IMG/VR virus record: IMGVR_UViG_3300010162_000393
Span: 72,865-136,864 of that record
From: a virus
Lineage: Duplodnaviria; Caudoviricetes
Strand: one strand, 5' to 3'
DNA: 64,000 bases
This document shows, in pieces, positions 10,167 to 19,667 of this stretch. The notes beneath the pieces are model-generated. The model was given only the letters and a program-made list of their open reading frames with translations. It had not been told where the DNA came from and made no database searches. The first letter of the stretch is position 1, and the number at the start of each line of letters is the position of its first letter. Made by a program: the position numbers and the translations under genes.

Positions 10167-10448
10167 TTATTTATATTTATATTCTATTTTCAAAATAGAT
10201 AATTTGTTAAAAATTTCAACTAATTCAGATAATGATTTTTCGTTTTCAATTCTTAACCAATTCCAAGAAGTAGTGTCAGCAAGTCCACCAAAAGTGTATA
10301 ACCTATTACTTCCTTCACCATAATCAAATTCTTTCACAAAAAAATTAGCATCTGGGTATTTTTCTTCCAAAAACGGATCACAATACTTTTTCACCAATGG
10401 TTTCAGAAGACACATTACTTCTTCTTTTGTTTTAACCTCAATTTTCAT
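10167..10448 (-). CDS. Hypothetical protein
   Basis: 93-aa ORF in minus-strand operon. Confidence 0.6.
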   Translation of the reverse strand: MKIEVKTKEEVMCLLKPLVKKYCDPFLEEKYPDANFFVKEFDYGEGSNRLYTFGGLADTTSWNWLRIENEKSLSELVEIFNKLSILKIEYKYK

Positions 10449-10454
10449 TTCCTT

Positions 10455-10781
10455 TTAATTTGTTTGTAAATACCTATTTACTATATCATTTATTTCAAAT
10501 AAAAACTTTTCACCCCATATTGCTCTGCGCTTCTTGCGTAATAAGAAATCAAAACGACCATTTTCACAAAATCTACTATTATCACTCATTTGTTCTAACG
10601 GAACGTTTTCAAATAAATCTTTTAATGCGGCAAAAAGTTTCTTTTCTTCCTTATCAAGTTCTGATTTAGAAACATAATATTTTAAATTAGTTCTTATATA
10701 ATTCAAAATATTAGCCTTAATTATCCTTCTTTTGCTATCTTCTGCTGTCATAATATCCTCGTTTATATTGTTGCTACACAT
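10455..10781 (-). CDS. Hypothetical protein
   Basis: 108-aa ORF in operon. Confidence 0.6.
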   Translation of the reverse strand: MCSNNINEDIMTAEDSKRRIIKANILNYIRTNLKYYVSKSELDKEEKKLFAALKDLFENVPLEQMSDNSRFCENGRFDFLLRKKRRAIWGEKFLFEINDIVNRYLQTN

Positions 10782-10792
10782 AAAAATACATT

Positions 10793-11596
10793 TTATTTTT
10801 CTTTCTCAGAAATTGCCCCAATTTCTAACAAAATTGTTTTAACCTGAACAATCAAATAATTAATGGTTCCGTTGTTATCAATAACAAAATCATATTCTTT
10901 ATATTCGTTTTGTTCTGTTTCTGAAGAATGTGTGTGGGCAACACCCTTATCCCTTTCTACTTTGATAACATAACCACCCCTTTCTTTAATTGCTTCAATT
11001 TCGTTTAAAAATCTACAGTCGGCAATAATCCAATTTGGATGAACTATTTTTGACCAACATTCTCTACAAATTCTACAATACTTATCGGTATTTAATTCTT
11101 GTTTTCCACAAATAGTACAAAGATTCGTATAATTTCCTGTTGGGTATTCTCCGGTGTTTTCTACACCTTTATAACCACTTAGTGTGGCGTTTACCCATGT
11201 ATTTTTGTTCCACATATCCCTAAACATTTCTGTTCCTATACGTTGATGCGCATAACGATATGTTAAGGTTGTGTCTGGTATTATTTGCCATATGTCAGGC
11301 AACGCAGAATTTTTGAAATCAATATCATGTAATTGTTCGATTGTGCAATCAAATAATATTGACAAAACCTCTTTAAGTTTATCGGCATACGCTCTCTTTT
11401 CCCATGAAGTGTAAAAATTTACAACATTAAATAAATCACTATCATTCAACACTAATTTTACAAACTCTATATCTGTATAATCACTGTAATCGTTTGTTCG
11501 ATTAAATTTCTCATTATACCAACAATCAAGTGATTGTATAATTTTTGCAACGGTATCCTTACCAGATTGCATTTGTCCTGCTATTCCTATTAACAT
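10793..11596 (-). CDS. Deoxynucleoside monophosphate kinase (T4 gp1-like) with a zinc-finger insertion
   Basis: GIAGQMQSGKDT P-loop, YADKLKE, QRIGTE, IIADCRFLNE, HSSE, IDNNGT. Confidence 0.85.
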   Translation of the reverse strand: MLIGIAGQMQSGKDTVAKIIQSLDCWYNEKFNRTNDYSDYTDIEFVKLVLNDSDLFNVVNFYTSWEKRAYADKLKEVLSILFDCTIEQLHDIDFKNSALPDIWQIIPDTTLTYRYAHQRIGTEMFRDMWNKNTWVNATLSGYKGVENTGEYPTGNYTNLCTICGKQELNTDKYCRICRECWSKIVHPNWIIADCRFLNEIEAIKERGGYVIKVERDKGVAHTHSSETEQNEYKEYDFVIDNNGTINYLIVQVKTILLEIGAISEKEK

Positions 11597-12420
11597 TTTT
11601 TTAAGGTATTAATTAATTTTTTGGTATGATCATCCATTTTATATTTTCCGTAACTCTCTTTACTTTCATTCAAATATATTAATATTCTATCTAAAACTTT
11701 ACATCCAATACTTTCTAGCGGAACTTGGTAAAGGGAAATTTGTAACTGGTAGTGTCCTTCCGCAGGTGAATCTCGCATATCTTCAAATGGTGGTAACATT
11801 CTTTGATCGTTGAAATTCTTGAATAAATCCTTATTCGTTTTAAAATCTAATAAAATAAGCGACTCTTTCAGTGGTATATTCGGTCTATCCCAAGCACATA
11901 ATAAATCAAATGTTCCAGAATATTTTAAATTTTCATTATATACTCTACACTCACTTAATATTGGAATATAAGAAACCGGTAAATCTTCCCAAAATCTTAT
12001 ACTATTCCAACCCATATAATCATCTTCTTTTGGTAATTCTATTTCATCAATTTTTCCTGTGTAGAAATCAAATAGAACTTCATTATATGAGTGTTGCTCA
12101 TGACCGATATCACACGACTTTTTATTATTAACTTTCCATTCTTTCAATATTTGGTTTGGGGTTTTACCATAATATTTTGAATTAACATCGTTATAATATC
12201 TCTGATAACATCTTTCTGCTTGTGATTTAGCATCAAATTTAGGGGCAAAACTTTCAACAACTTTTGATACCGATTTCAATTCTTTACCATTCAAAAAATA
12301 TTGGTGGGTCTTTTCTTTAAACACCAAATCCTTGAAAGAACTTGTTATATATTCTCTCAATTCCTGAACGTCTTCCCTATTGATAACGTTAGACCATTTA
12401 TTTTTGTTAAGTTCTACCAT
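11590..12420 (-). CDS. PD-(D/E)xK exonuclease
   Basis: THQY, SVSKVV, YSGTFDL, LLDFKT, YQLQISLY. Confidence 0.8.
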   Translation of the reverse strand: MVELNKNKWSNVINREDVQELREYITSSFKDLVFKEKTHQYFLNGKELKSVSKVVESFAPKFDAKSQAERCYQRYYNDVNSKYYGKTPNQILKEWKVNNKKSCDIGHEQHSYNEVLFDFYTGKIDEIELPKEDDYMGWNSIRFWEDLPVSYIPILSECRVYNENLKYSGTFDLLCAWDRPNIPLKESLILLDFKTNKDLFKNFNDQRMLPPFEDMRDSPAEGHYQLQISLYQVPLESIGCKVLDRILIYLNESKESYGKYKMDDHTKKLINTLKKC

Positions 12421-12423
12421 CTT

Positions 12424-12696
12424 CTATGAATCAGAATTTAAAGTTGTTCTTAAATCTCTAACTTCGTTTATCAGAGAATTGTTTTTTTGTTTAGTTCTGT
12501 AAACTTCCATTAAATCTTGTAAATTAGAGTCTGGATGACAAAAAACATTAATCCACTCCTCTTCTAATGGCGTTTCCTTTATACTTACACTTATACCAGA
12601 GTTTAACGCCTTTGCAATATTTATACCACGAATAAGTGCTGCTGTGGAATCTAAACTACCTTTTATTAAAATTTGAAATTCTCCTGTTACTGCCAT
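12424..12696 (-). CDS. Hypothetical protein
   Basis: 90-aa ORF, first gene of operon. Confidence 0.6.
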   Translation of the reverse strand: MAVTGEFQILIKGSLDSTAALIRGINIAKALNSGISVSIKETPLEEEWINVFCHPDSNLQDLMEVYRTKQKNNSLINEVRDLRTTLNSDS

Positions 12697-12743
12697 AGTT
12701 TTTAGAATTTTTAACTAAATTTACATAACTTTTTTGTAAAAAC

Positions 12744-12774
12744 AAAAAACACATAAGTCTTTGCCTATGCGTTT
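12744..12774 (-). terminator. Intrinsic terminator
   Basis: Minus strand ACGCATAGG-CAAAGA-CTTATGTGT followed by a T-run; G-U pairs favour the minus strand. Confidence 0.65.
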
Positions 12775-12811
12775 CTCGATTGGGTTCTTTCAAATGATAG
12801 ATCCACTCAAC
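12744..12811 (-). ncRNA. Candidate small late ncRNA (about 70 nt)
   Basis: Late motif at 12812-12820 (minus), then an imperfect hairpin GGTTG..GGATCT/AGAACC.CAATC, then a terminator; no usable ORF. Confidence 0.45.
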
Positions 12812-12850
12812 CATAAATAGACACAAATGTATTATTTAAAACAAATAAAT

Positions 12851-12859
12851 CTATTTATA
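12851..12859 (+). promoter_or_regulatory. Late promoter motif CTATTTATA
   Basis: Upstream of the 12877 ATG. Confidence 0.7.
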
Positions 12860-12876
12860 TAAAAATATTTAATAAT

Positions 12877-14013
12877 ATGAGAACATGCGGTCGTAACGTC
12901 AGTATCCAGATTCCACATCTCGGTCAAGATATTGATTATGGGTATCTTATCGCTTCCGAATATTTCAAAACCGGAATGCTTGTTGATAACTGTGGAAATC
13001 CGAGAATAGTGTTTCTTCCTGATCCGTGCGTACCTCTGACCGGTGAAGAAGATTGTGAGGATACACCATTAGAAACTATTGTAAAAGGAAATATGCACGT
13101 TGAGTGCAGATTATCTGCTGGTTCGTTGAAGGTTGATGATATTTCCGGTAACGGTTGTAATCTAACCAATACTGATGATACTAAAATAATAGAATTTGAA
13201 TATGATGAAGAAGCAGAGGAAATCGTAATAAGACAACAAAATTCAAAAGAATGTGAAATTGAAGAAGAGGGTGAAATAATTGAAGAATTTAGATTATCTG
13301 CTGAACCATTTGTTAAAAACACAATAATTGAAGATTTCAGTTTTGGTGAAGAAAGTGAAATTGAAGAAGAAGATGAATCTGATTTACTAACGATATACGA
13401 TAGTGACGAAAGAACATTTACTGTGGATCTTAGTAAATATAGTAATAGAGATGAGCGATATGTTGCACCCGGAAATTATACCGCCACACGCGAAGGTCTC
13501 ATAAGTTTACCTTATAATATTGAAACAGACGAAACGGTTGAAATTGATATATCAGAAGCAGTTCATGGTTTCAGAGATATGGAGTTTGATAGGTGTAAAG
13601 GTATTTTGACGATTAGAACAAGTTTGGGAGATGTTGTGAATGTAACTGGTTTTCCAACTAATATTTCAATAGATGGTCAGGTTACACCTGTAAATTTTAA
13701 TGGGGCAATTCATTATACAATCGAAAATAAGGTGATACATGTTAATTGTAATTTTTATGTGAGATCAACTGTTGGTGGTTTTGGTTCTCTTGGATATCTC
13801 CCAATTAGATTAAAAAGACCATCATATGTTTGGTTGTCTTCTATGCACGGAACATCATATAGTAGAGTAAATCGTGTTCAATTAACTATAAATGTAGATG
13901 GTGAAATTCAATTACGACAATGGCAACGTCCAGAACATGTTCAAGATTCTTTCTGTTTAGTATTTGATAGTCTTGATCCAAATCTTCTTGACGACTATTG
14001 TAATAATCTATAA
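12877..14013 (+). CDS. Putative virion structural protein (acidic, Cys-containing)
   Basis: Late motif; beta-rich acidic 378-aa ORF. Confidence 0.5.
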   Translation: MRTCGRNVSIQIPHLGQDIDYGYLIASEYFKTGMLVDNCGNPRIVFLPDPCVPLTGEEDCEDTPLETIVKGNMHVECRLSAGSLKVDDISGNGCNLTNTDDTKIIEFEYDEEAEEIVIRQQNSKECEIEEEGEIIEEFRLSAEPFVKNTIIEDFSFGEESEIEEEDESDLLTIYDSDERTFTVDLSKYSNRDERYVAPGNYTATREGLISLPYNIETDETVEIDISEAVHGFRDMEFDRCKGILTIRTSLGDVVNVTGFPTNISIDGQVTPVNFNGAIHYTIENKVIHVNCNFYVRSTVGGFGSLGYLPIRLKRPSYVWLSSMHGTSYSRVNRVQLTINVDGEIQLRQWQRPEHVQDSFCLVFDSLDPNLLDDYCNNL

Positions 14014-14024
14014 ATCATATTATA

Positions 14025-14543
14025 ATGCAAGTTGGAGGTAAATATCCTATAACAAGAAATTCATTGCATTTTGATGAAAGTATGTTCAATATGTTCTCTG
14101 AATGGGCGCAAGATTATACTGAAACTTGGATTAATCAAAAGGTTGTTTTATATCAGGTAGATTATATAAGAACCAATGCCGATGATTTGTATGGAGAAAC
14201 ACATACTGACGAAGTTAGATATAAAACTCCTATTGAACTACCATGTAGATATAAGATAGATAAAAGTACGAATGAAGCGTACACAGCAACTAAAAAAGCA
14301 CGTTACAAAAAGATAGGAAATATAAGTCTTTCAGTATTTGAAAAAACATTTAAAGAATATAATTGTGATATTAAATACGGAGATTTAATAGGTGTTGCCG
14401 CCGATGAAAAAACACTGATATTCTTCGAGATAGTGGATGACGGAAAATCAAATTTCAGTAATATGGAAACAATGTTTGGTTATAAGAGATTATATCGAAA
14501 CATTAAGGGGTGTACTATTGATGAATCTGTCTTCAACGGTTGA
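14025..14543 (+). CDS. Putative head-closure/neck protein (T4 gp14-like)
   Basis: VVLYQVD...DDLYGE...YKTPIEL...DIKYGDLI pattern; cotranscribed with a late gene. Confidence 0.55.
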   Translation: MQVGGKYPITRNSLHFDESMFNMFSEWAQDYTETWINQKVVLYQVDYIRTNADDLYGETHTDEVRYKTPIELPCRYKIDKSTNEAYTATKKARYKKIGNISLSVFEKTFKEYNCDIKYGDLIGVAADEKTLIFFEIVDDGKSNFSNMETMFGYKRLYRNIKGCTIDESVFNG

Positions 14544-15873
14544 ATTCCAGAGGCATAGTTATAGGTTTTTGCATAAGTGTTCCACTGAGATACACTAATG
14601 TTCCGTTTACAAATGTGTGTGTAACCGTAGATCTAAATCTATAATTTACAAATGACGACCATTTACATTTATGAATAATTGTATTAGGTAATACATACCA
14701 TCCATACTCCAAGTCTACTAATATTAAATCTGCCCAATAACCTGGTCGAATAAAACCTCTGTCCTTAATACTAAATAATCTTGCTGGACCGTGACACATT
14801 TTTTCAACTATTTGTTCAATTGTTATTTTATCGTCATGATAAAATTCTAACATTGCTTGTAATGAGTGTTGAATTGAAGGAATTCCTGACGGTGCTTTGA
14901 AGTATGTGTTACTTTTTTCCTCCAAAGTATGTGGTGCATGATCTGTTGATATTGTGCTAATAGTATTATCTAATAACCCCTCAAATAGTGATAACCTATC
15001 CTCTTTTGTTTTAAAAGATGGGTTGCATTTGATCCATGTTCCAAAATTATCATAATTTGAATTATCAAATATTAAATAGTTTACACACACTTCACCTGTA
15101 ACAAAATCTTTATTAGCACGTATTAAATCCAATTCTTTTTTTGTGGACACATGTAATATATGTAATTTCGTGTTATATTTTTTCGCTAATTCAACTGCTA
15201 ATGAACTTGATTTATAACACGCTTCTTCACTACGAATATCCGAATGGTATTTAATTGGCATGTTTTCACCATATTTTTCACGAAACAATTCTGTGTTTTT
15301 AACAATAATATCCTCATCTTCACAATGTACTGCTATAATAGATGGTACTTGTGAAAATATCTTCTCAATGGTAGAAATATCTTCTACCAACATATTTCCT
15401 GTTGAAGACCCCATGAATAATTTAACACCACATACTTTTGAAAAATCTGTTTTTAAAAGTTCATCAATATTATCATTTGTTGCTCCGATATAGAACGAAT
15501 AATTAGCAAATGAATTTTCTGCTGCTAACGCAAATTTTTCTGAAAGTGCTTCTTGTGTAACAGTTTGTGGTATTGTGTTCGGCATTTCCATATATGATGT
15601 TACGCCACCAGCAACTGCTGCATGTGTTTCACTAGCAATGTCCCCCTTTCTGGTTAGACCTGGTTCACGAAAATGAACATGTGTATCAATAACACCTGGA
15701 AGTAAATATTTTCCTTCGGCATTAATTATTTGACACTCTTGAAGTATGTGATAACCACTTTCACAAACCCCTACAATTTTTCCATCTTCTATAAGGACAT
15801 CGCCTTCTTGTATTGTTCCTTCGTTGACAACCTTTGCATTTCGTATCAACGTCTGTTTTTTTGTATTTGACAT
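14533..15873 (-). CDS. pyrC: Dihydroorotase (amidohydrolase family)
   Basis: PGVIDTHVHFREPG, EMPNT, GVKLFMGSSTG, HCED, HILHVS, KCNP, STDHAPH. Confidence 0.92.
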   Translation of the reverse strand: MSNTKKQTLIRNAKVVNEGTIQEGDVLIEDGKIVGVCESGYHILQECQIINAEGKYLLPGVIDTHVHFREPGLTRKGDIASETHAAVAGGVTSYMEMPNTIPQTVTQEALSEKFALAAENSFANYSFYIGATNDNIDELLKTDFSKVCGVKLFMGSSTGNMLVEDISTIEKIFSQVPSIIAVHCEDEDIIVKNTELFREKYGENMPIKYHSDIRSEEACYKSSSLAVELAKKYNTKLHILHVSTKKELDLIRANKDFVTGEVCVNYLIFDNSNYDNFGTWIKCNPSFKTKEDRLSLFEGLLDNTISTISTDHAPHTLEEKSNTYFKAPSGIPSIQHSLQAMLEFYHDDKITIEQIVEKMCHGPARLFSIKDRGFIRPGYWADLILVDLEYGWYVLPNTIIHKCKWSSFVNYRFRSTVTHTFVNGTLVYLSGTLMQKPITMPLEFNR

Positions 15874-15875
15874 AT

Positions 15876-16928
15876 TTAATTATATAATTGATTTCTCATT
15901 TCAACTAAAACTCTTTCAATAAATTCAACATCCGGTGTTTCTTGTAATGTACATTTTTCGTATAGGATATCTATTTCTTCTATCATTGTTTTTGCACGAC
16001 TTACCAAATCATCATATTCAGCATCACCACGACGTATTGATAATAATTCTTCACGATTTGGAACACGAACAATTAGATTTCCATTAGATAATATTTCTTT
16101 GGATTGTTGTAACAACCTGATAGTATGACACATATTCTTAGCATCGTATCGTTTTCCATGTGACATAGTATTATTAAATCTTACTTCACTTCGTTTATCA
16201 ACCCACTCCCAATATTCTTTATATTCTTTACAATATGCTGAATATCCGTCTTTATTAAAATATAATCTATTATCTGGTGTTATCCATTTAGGTATAGAAC
16301 TAAGAGCAACTTCATTAGCATCTGGACATGACATTATTCCTCTGAATTTGTCTTTATAATAATACAAATCGTAAATGTCCTTCATATTATTTATGGAAGA
16401 TAATCCACAATCTTCTTGTTTGTATCCGTAATTTGACAACCATGTGTTAAGTGATACAGATCCGCCATTATCATTAAGAACATAACAAAAATCAAGTATA
16501 TTTTTTCTTTCCTTATCCATTGGGTTTAGGATTTTTTTGTTCAACCCTCTCGCCTTTTTAATTTGAGATATGGCGTATCCGGCAAACGTGTTTTTACACA
16601 ACTTTGATAAAAACATATCAACCGTAAGATTATCCATAATATTATTTCGATACAATATACAATCTTCTGGTGTTGCTAACAATTCCAACATATTAGGATT
16701 GTTTTTTAATAATAGTTCAACGAATCTCCCAATCTCATAATATACTTTGTCGTTTTTTTCGTCTTCTATTTGTTGGGTATAAGTCAAACCATATAACTTA
16801 TCTTTTGGTAAATAAAAAACACCTCGAATATCTGTATCCGATTCAGGGGTATCTATTCCATATGCTTTACTACCGCTGATACATTCAAACAGTAAAAGGT
16901 TATTTTTTTTTATGTATTCTATCGACAT
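15876..16928 (-). CDS. Predicted nucleotidyltransferase (YcgL/RlaP-like)
   Basis: SGSKAYGIDTPESDTDIRGVF, NNPNMLELL, YDAKNMCHTIRLL. Confidence 0.85.
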   Translation of the reverse strand: MSIEYIKKNNLLLFECISGSKAYGIDTPESDTDIRGVFYLPKDKLYGLTYTQQIEDEKNDKVYYEIGRFVELLLKNNPNMLELLATPEDCILYRNNIMDNLTVDMFLSKLCKNTFAGYAISQIKKARGLNKKILNPMDKERKNILDFCYVLNDNGGSVSLNTWLSNYGYKQEDCGLSSINNMKDIYDLYYYKDKFRGIMSCPDANEVALSSIPKWITPDNRLYFNKDGYSAYCKEYKEYWEWVDKRSEVRFNNTMSHGKRYDAKNMCHTIRLLQQSKEILSNGNLIVRVPNREELLSIRRGDAEYDDLVSRAKTMIEEIDILYEKCTLQETPDVEFIERVLVEMRNQLYN

Positions 16929-16975
16929 TTTTTGTTTAATATTTGAAATATACTATATTCGATTATATTTTTGAT

Positions 16976-17320
16976 ATGAGTGGTTTTGTTTATCTAATAC
17001 TTGAATGGGATAAAATTGAAGAAAACCTTGTCCCAAGTAAAATAGGTGTTACCAGAGGGTGTATTGAAAAACGTATCAAAAAACTCCAAACCGGAAATAC
17101 CTCTAATCTACATCTCTTCACACATTTCAAATCTGAACATCCGTTTAGGTTAGAAAAAATGTTACACAACCATTACCAAAAATATAAAACAAATGGTGAA
17201 TGGTTTAACCTACCAAATGAAACTGTATTAGGATTCAAAACCATTTGTGAAGAAAAAGAAGAACTTATTAAATTTCTACTAAAAGAAAACCATTTTTTCG
17301 GAAAAAAAACAGGTTTCTAA
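16976..17320 (+). CDS. GIY-YIG (T5orf172-like) nuclease
   Basis: GFVYLI...KIGVT...RIKKLQTGN...LEKMLH...GEWF; ATG at 16976 preferred over TTG at 16943. Confidence 0.8.
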   Translation: MSGFVYLILEWDKIEENLVPSKIGVTRGCIEKRIKKLQTGNTSNLHLFTHFKSEHPFRLEKMLHNHYQKYKTNGEWFNLPNETVLGFKTICEEKEELIKFLLKENHFFGKKTGF

Positions 17321-17323
17321 TTT

Positions 17324-17348
17324 ATGATTTTCCGCAAACATACCCCTA
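17324..17348. repeat. 25-bp inverted repeat, left arm
   Basis: ATGATTTTCCGCAAACATACCCCTA; 23/25 identical to the reverse complement of 18566-18590. Confidence 0.9.
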
Positions 17349-18539
17349 AAAGTTATTTGTTTTTAGAATTGACGCTTCAACGGGTTCGTAACCTCTTCCC
17401 TCCACGTCCACTACCCCCCACATCGGGGGTGATATACCTATATTCCTTATGTTTATGGAAGCGTTAAAATCCCTGTCATGTAAAATGCTACACGAAGGAC
17501 ATATCCACTCCCTTACACGTAAATCCTTTACCTCAACATTCTTATAACCACACCTGTTACACAACTGCGAGGAAGCAACAAACCTACCAATCTTGATAAG
17601 ATTCTTACCTTGCCACTCACTTTTGTATCCCAACTGCCGTACAAACTCACTCCAACTTACCGACTGAATACTTCGCGCAAGTTTGTGGTTTTTGACCATT
17701 CCGCTTACGTTCAAATCCTCAATACAAATGGTGTCGTAATTATCCAACAAATACGTGGACAAATTATGCAACCAATGGTTTCGTTGAAATGTGATTTTTT
17801 GGTGAATTTTTGCAACCTTCAACCTTTGCTTTTCTCTACGATGACTTCCTTTTTGTCTTCGACACAACACCTTTTGGGCGTGTGCTAAACGTAAATGAGT
17901 CTTTTCAAGAAATTTTGGGTTTCCAAAACATTCACCATTTGAGGTAACAGCAAATTCCTTAATTCCCAAGTCAATACCTATGGTTTTATTAGAATCTTCC
18001 ACTTTGGTTTTCGGTGGAATTGGTTCTAGCGTATCGCATAGGATACTTACGAAATAATAACCTGCCTGTGTTTTTGATACTGTCATAGACTTGATTTTTC
18101 CTTTTGGGAGTCTTGACAATATCACTACTATATTTCCACATTTTCCTAATCTTACGGTGGATTTCTCCACGTTCAGGTTGAAACAATCTGGAAATGTACA
18201 AGTTTGTTTGTTACATTTTTTCTTATAATTTGGGTATCCTGCTGGTTTCCCTTGTTTTACATTTCTGAAAAAATTGTTGTATGCTGAATCGACGTTGTTC
18301 AGAGTAACGTTCAGGGTATGTGCGGTGGTGTCTTTCAACCATTCATGTTCTAACGTTAATTCGTTTCGCAACATTTTTCCCAAATCGAAAGAAGATAATG
18401 ACTTCTTTTCAGTTTCCCACAACGTTTTCTTTTTGTTCACTGCCCAATTATAGATAAACCGAGAACAACCAAAATGTTGTGCAAGGGCAACTTTTTGGTT
18501 ATCGGTTGGGTATATTCTATATTTGAACGCCTTTAACAT
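17346..18539 (-). CDS. tnpB: TnpB RNA-guided endonuclease (IS200/IS605 OrfB)
   Basis: KAFKYRIYP N-terminus, RuvC-I GIDLG, RuvC-II CIEDL, zinc finger CNRC/CPSC, RuvC-III DRDFNAS. Confidence 0.95.
   Translation of the reverse strand: MLKAFKYRIYPTDNQKVALAQHFGCSRFIYNWAVNKKKTLWETEKKSLSSFDLGKMLRNELTLEHEWLKDTTAHTLNVTLNNVDSAYNNFFRNVKQGKPAGYPNYKKKCNKQTCTFPDCFNLNVEKSTVRLGKCGNIVVILSRLPKGKIKSMTVSKTQAGYYFVSILCDTLEPIPPKTKVEDSNKTIGIDLGIKEFAVTSNGECFGNPKFLEKTHLRLAHAQKVLCRRQKGSHRREKQRLKVAKIHQKITFQRNHWLHNLSTYLLDNYDTICIEDLNVSGMVKNHKLARSIQSVSWSEFVRQLGYKSEWQGKNLIKIGRFVASSQLCNRCGYKNVEVKDLRVREWICPSCSILHDRDFNASINIRNIGISPPMWGVVDVEGRGYEPVEASILKTNNF
17369..17520 (-). ncRNA. Putative omegaRNA/right end overlapping the tnpB 3' end (5' boundary approximate)
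   Basis: Minus strand GGACGTGGAGGG...CCCGTTGAAGCGTCAA resembles tnpB right ends; predicted guide follows (17368-17349). Confidence 0.5.
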
Positions 18540-18543
18540 ATTT

Positions 18544-18551
18544 CAAATTTA
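18544..18551 (-). promoter_or_regulatory. Bacteroidota-type -7 element TAAATTTG
   Basis: Matches TAnnTTTG just upstream of the tnpB ATG. Confidence 0.4.
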
Positions 18552-18565
18552 CACTTTTTATACGA

Positions 18566-18590
18566 TAGGGGTATTATTGCGGAAAATCAT
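18566..18590. repeat. 25-bp inverted repeat, right arm
   Basis: TAGGGGTATTATTGCGGAAAATCAT. Confidence 0.9.
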
Positions 18591-18593
18591 TTT

Positions 18594-19667
18594 CTAATTT
18601 CTGTAAAACAAAACATCATCCGCCTCAATTGGATATGGAAAATCCATTTCCTTCATCATATTCATAATGGTATTAGGATGTACTTGTCCTTCCCTTCTAT
18701 CAATATGGTTTTGTTTTGTGGTTTCATGATATTCAATTGTTATGTGAGGATTATATGGGGATACCATTTGAATGAATTCGTCACGGTATTTTTTTCTTAT
18801 AAAAAGATTATCTGAAACAAAGTTTTGTCTTCGTTCACATAATTCTATTATCTGTTTATGTTCAACATGTGTCACCTTGTCTTCCTGAATTTTGTTCCCC
18901 TTTAATTTTCCACCATGTTCAACCATACCTAATTCCGCTCTAATAATGTCGCGTGATATTAGTTCAAACCCAAATTGTTTATATCGTCTTTCATATGCCG
19001 TTGTTTTTCCACCACCAGCAACTCCGCATAAAATTGTAATATAAAAACCAGATTCTTCTTTTGTTTCAATTTTTGGTTCGCAATTCCAAACACCTAATTG
19101 TTTAGCATAATCTTTTAATGTTTCGCAATGTTGAATTTCATTTTCTTTATCAATGGATATTGCACCCATTACATCAAACAGATTAAGATAATATAACAAA
19201 CGACAATCTGAATTGCGTGATATGTTGGTTACATTTTTTTCAATATCTTCCATTTTGAAACGCAAATATTTTGGTTTCATGTGGTGTTTTATCAACGAAC
19301 ATATTTTCTCTCTCAAAGGTAGTGGTTCATCCCACAACATAAATCGTGTCAATCGCTCTCCTTCAATAGCATGATATGCTGCTGACCAGTTACCATCTTC
19401 TTTTAGTTTTGCAACTTTTCCTTTACCAATATCATGAAATAATGAGGCGGAAACCAAAACCAATTTTTCAAAATCTGAAAATTCTTTTGGATTTTGTTTC
19501 AAATAATCTTGACACGCTTTTACCACCATTTTGGTATGTACCATTGTACTACCCTCCTGATGCCATTCACTATGATATCCACCTTCATTGAGACGTTGAA
19601 ATTCTGGTATTTCTTCTACCAAGTTCCAATTAACCTTTGTATTACCAATTATTAATCTATCTAACAT
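18594..19667 (-). CDS. HD-domain phosphohydrolase fused to P-loop (AAA_33-like) kinase; RNA end-healing type
   Basis: WHQEG..VHT, LFHDIGK, H...HHM; C-terminal GVAGGGKTT, ISRDIIR. Confidence 0.85.
   Translation of the reverse strand: MLDRLIIGNTKVNWNLVEEIPEFQRLNEGGYHSEWHQEGSTMVHTKMVVKACQDYLKQNPKEFSDFEKLVLVSASLFHDIGKGKVAKLKEDGNWSAAYHAIEGERLTRFMLWDEPLPLREKICSLIKHHMKPKYLRFKMEDIEKNVTNISRNSDCRLLYYLNLFDVMGAISIDKENEIQHCETLKDYAKQLGVWNCEPKIETKEESGFYITILCGVAGGGKTTAYERRYKQFGFELISRDIIRAELGMVEHGGKLKGNKIQEDKVTHVEHKQIIELCERRQNFVSDNLFIRKKYRDEFIQMVSPYNPHITIEYHETTKQNHIDRREGQVHPNTIMNMMKEMDFPYPIEADDVLFYRN

Larger units (their letters stand above)
17324..18590 (-). mobile_element. Solo tnpB cassette (no TnpA) bracketed by inverted repeats
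   Basis: tnpB plus flanking 25-bp IRs; no Y1 or serine transposase recognised in the window. Confidence 0.6.
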
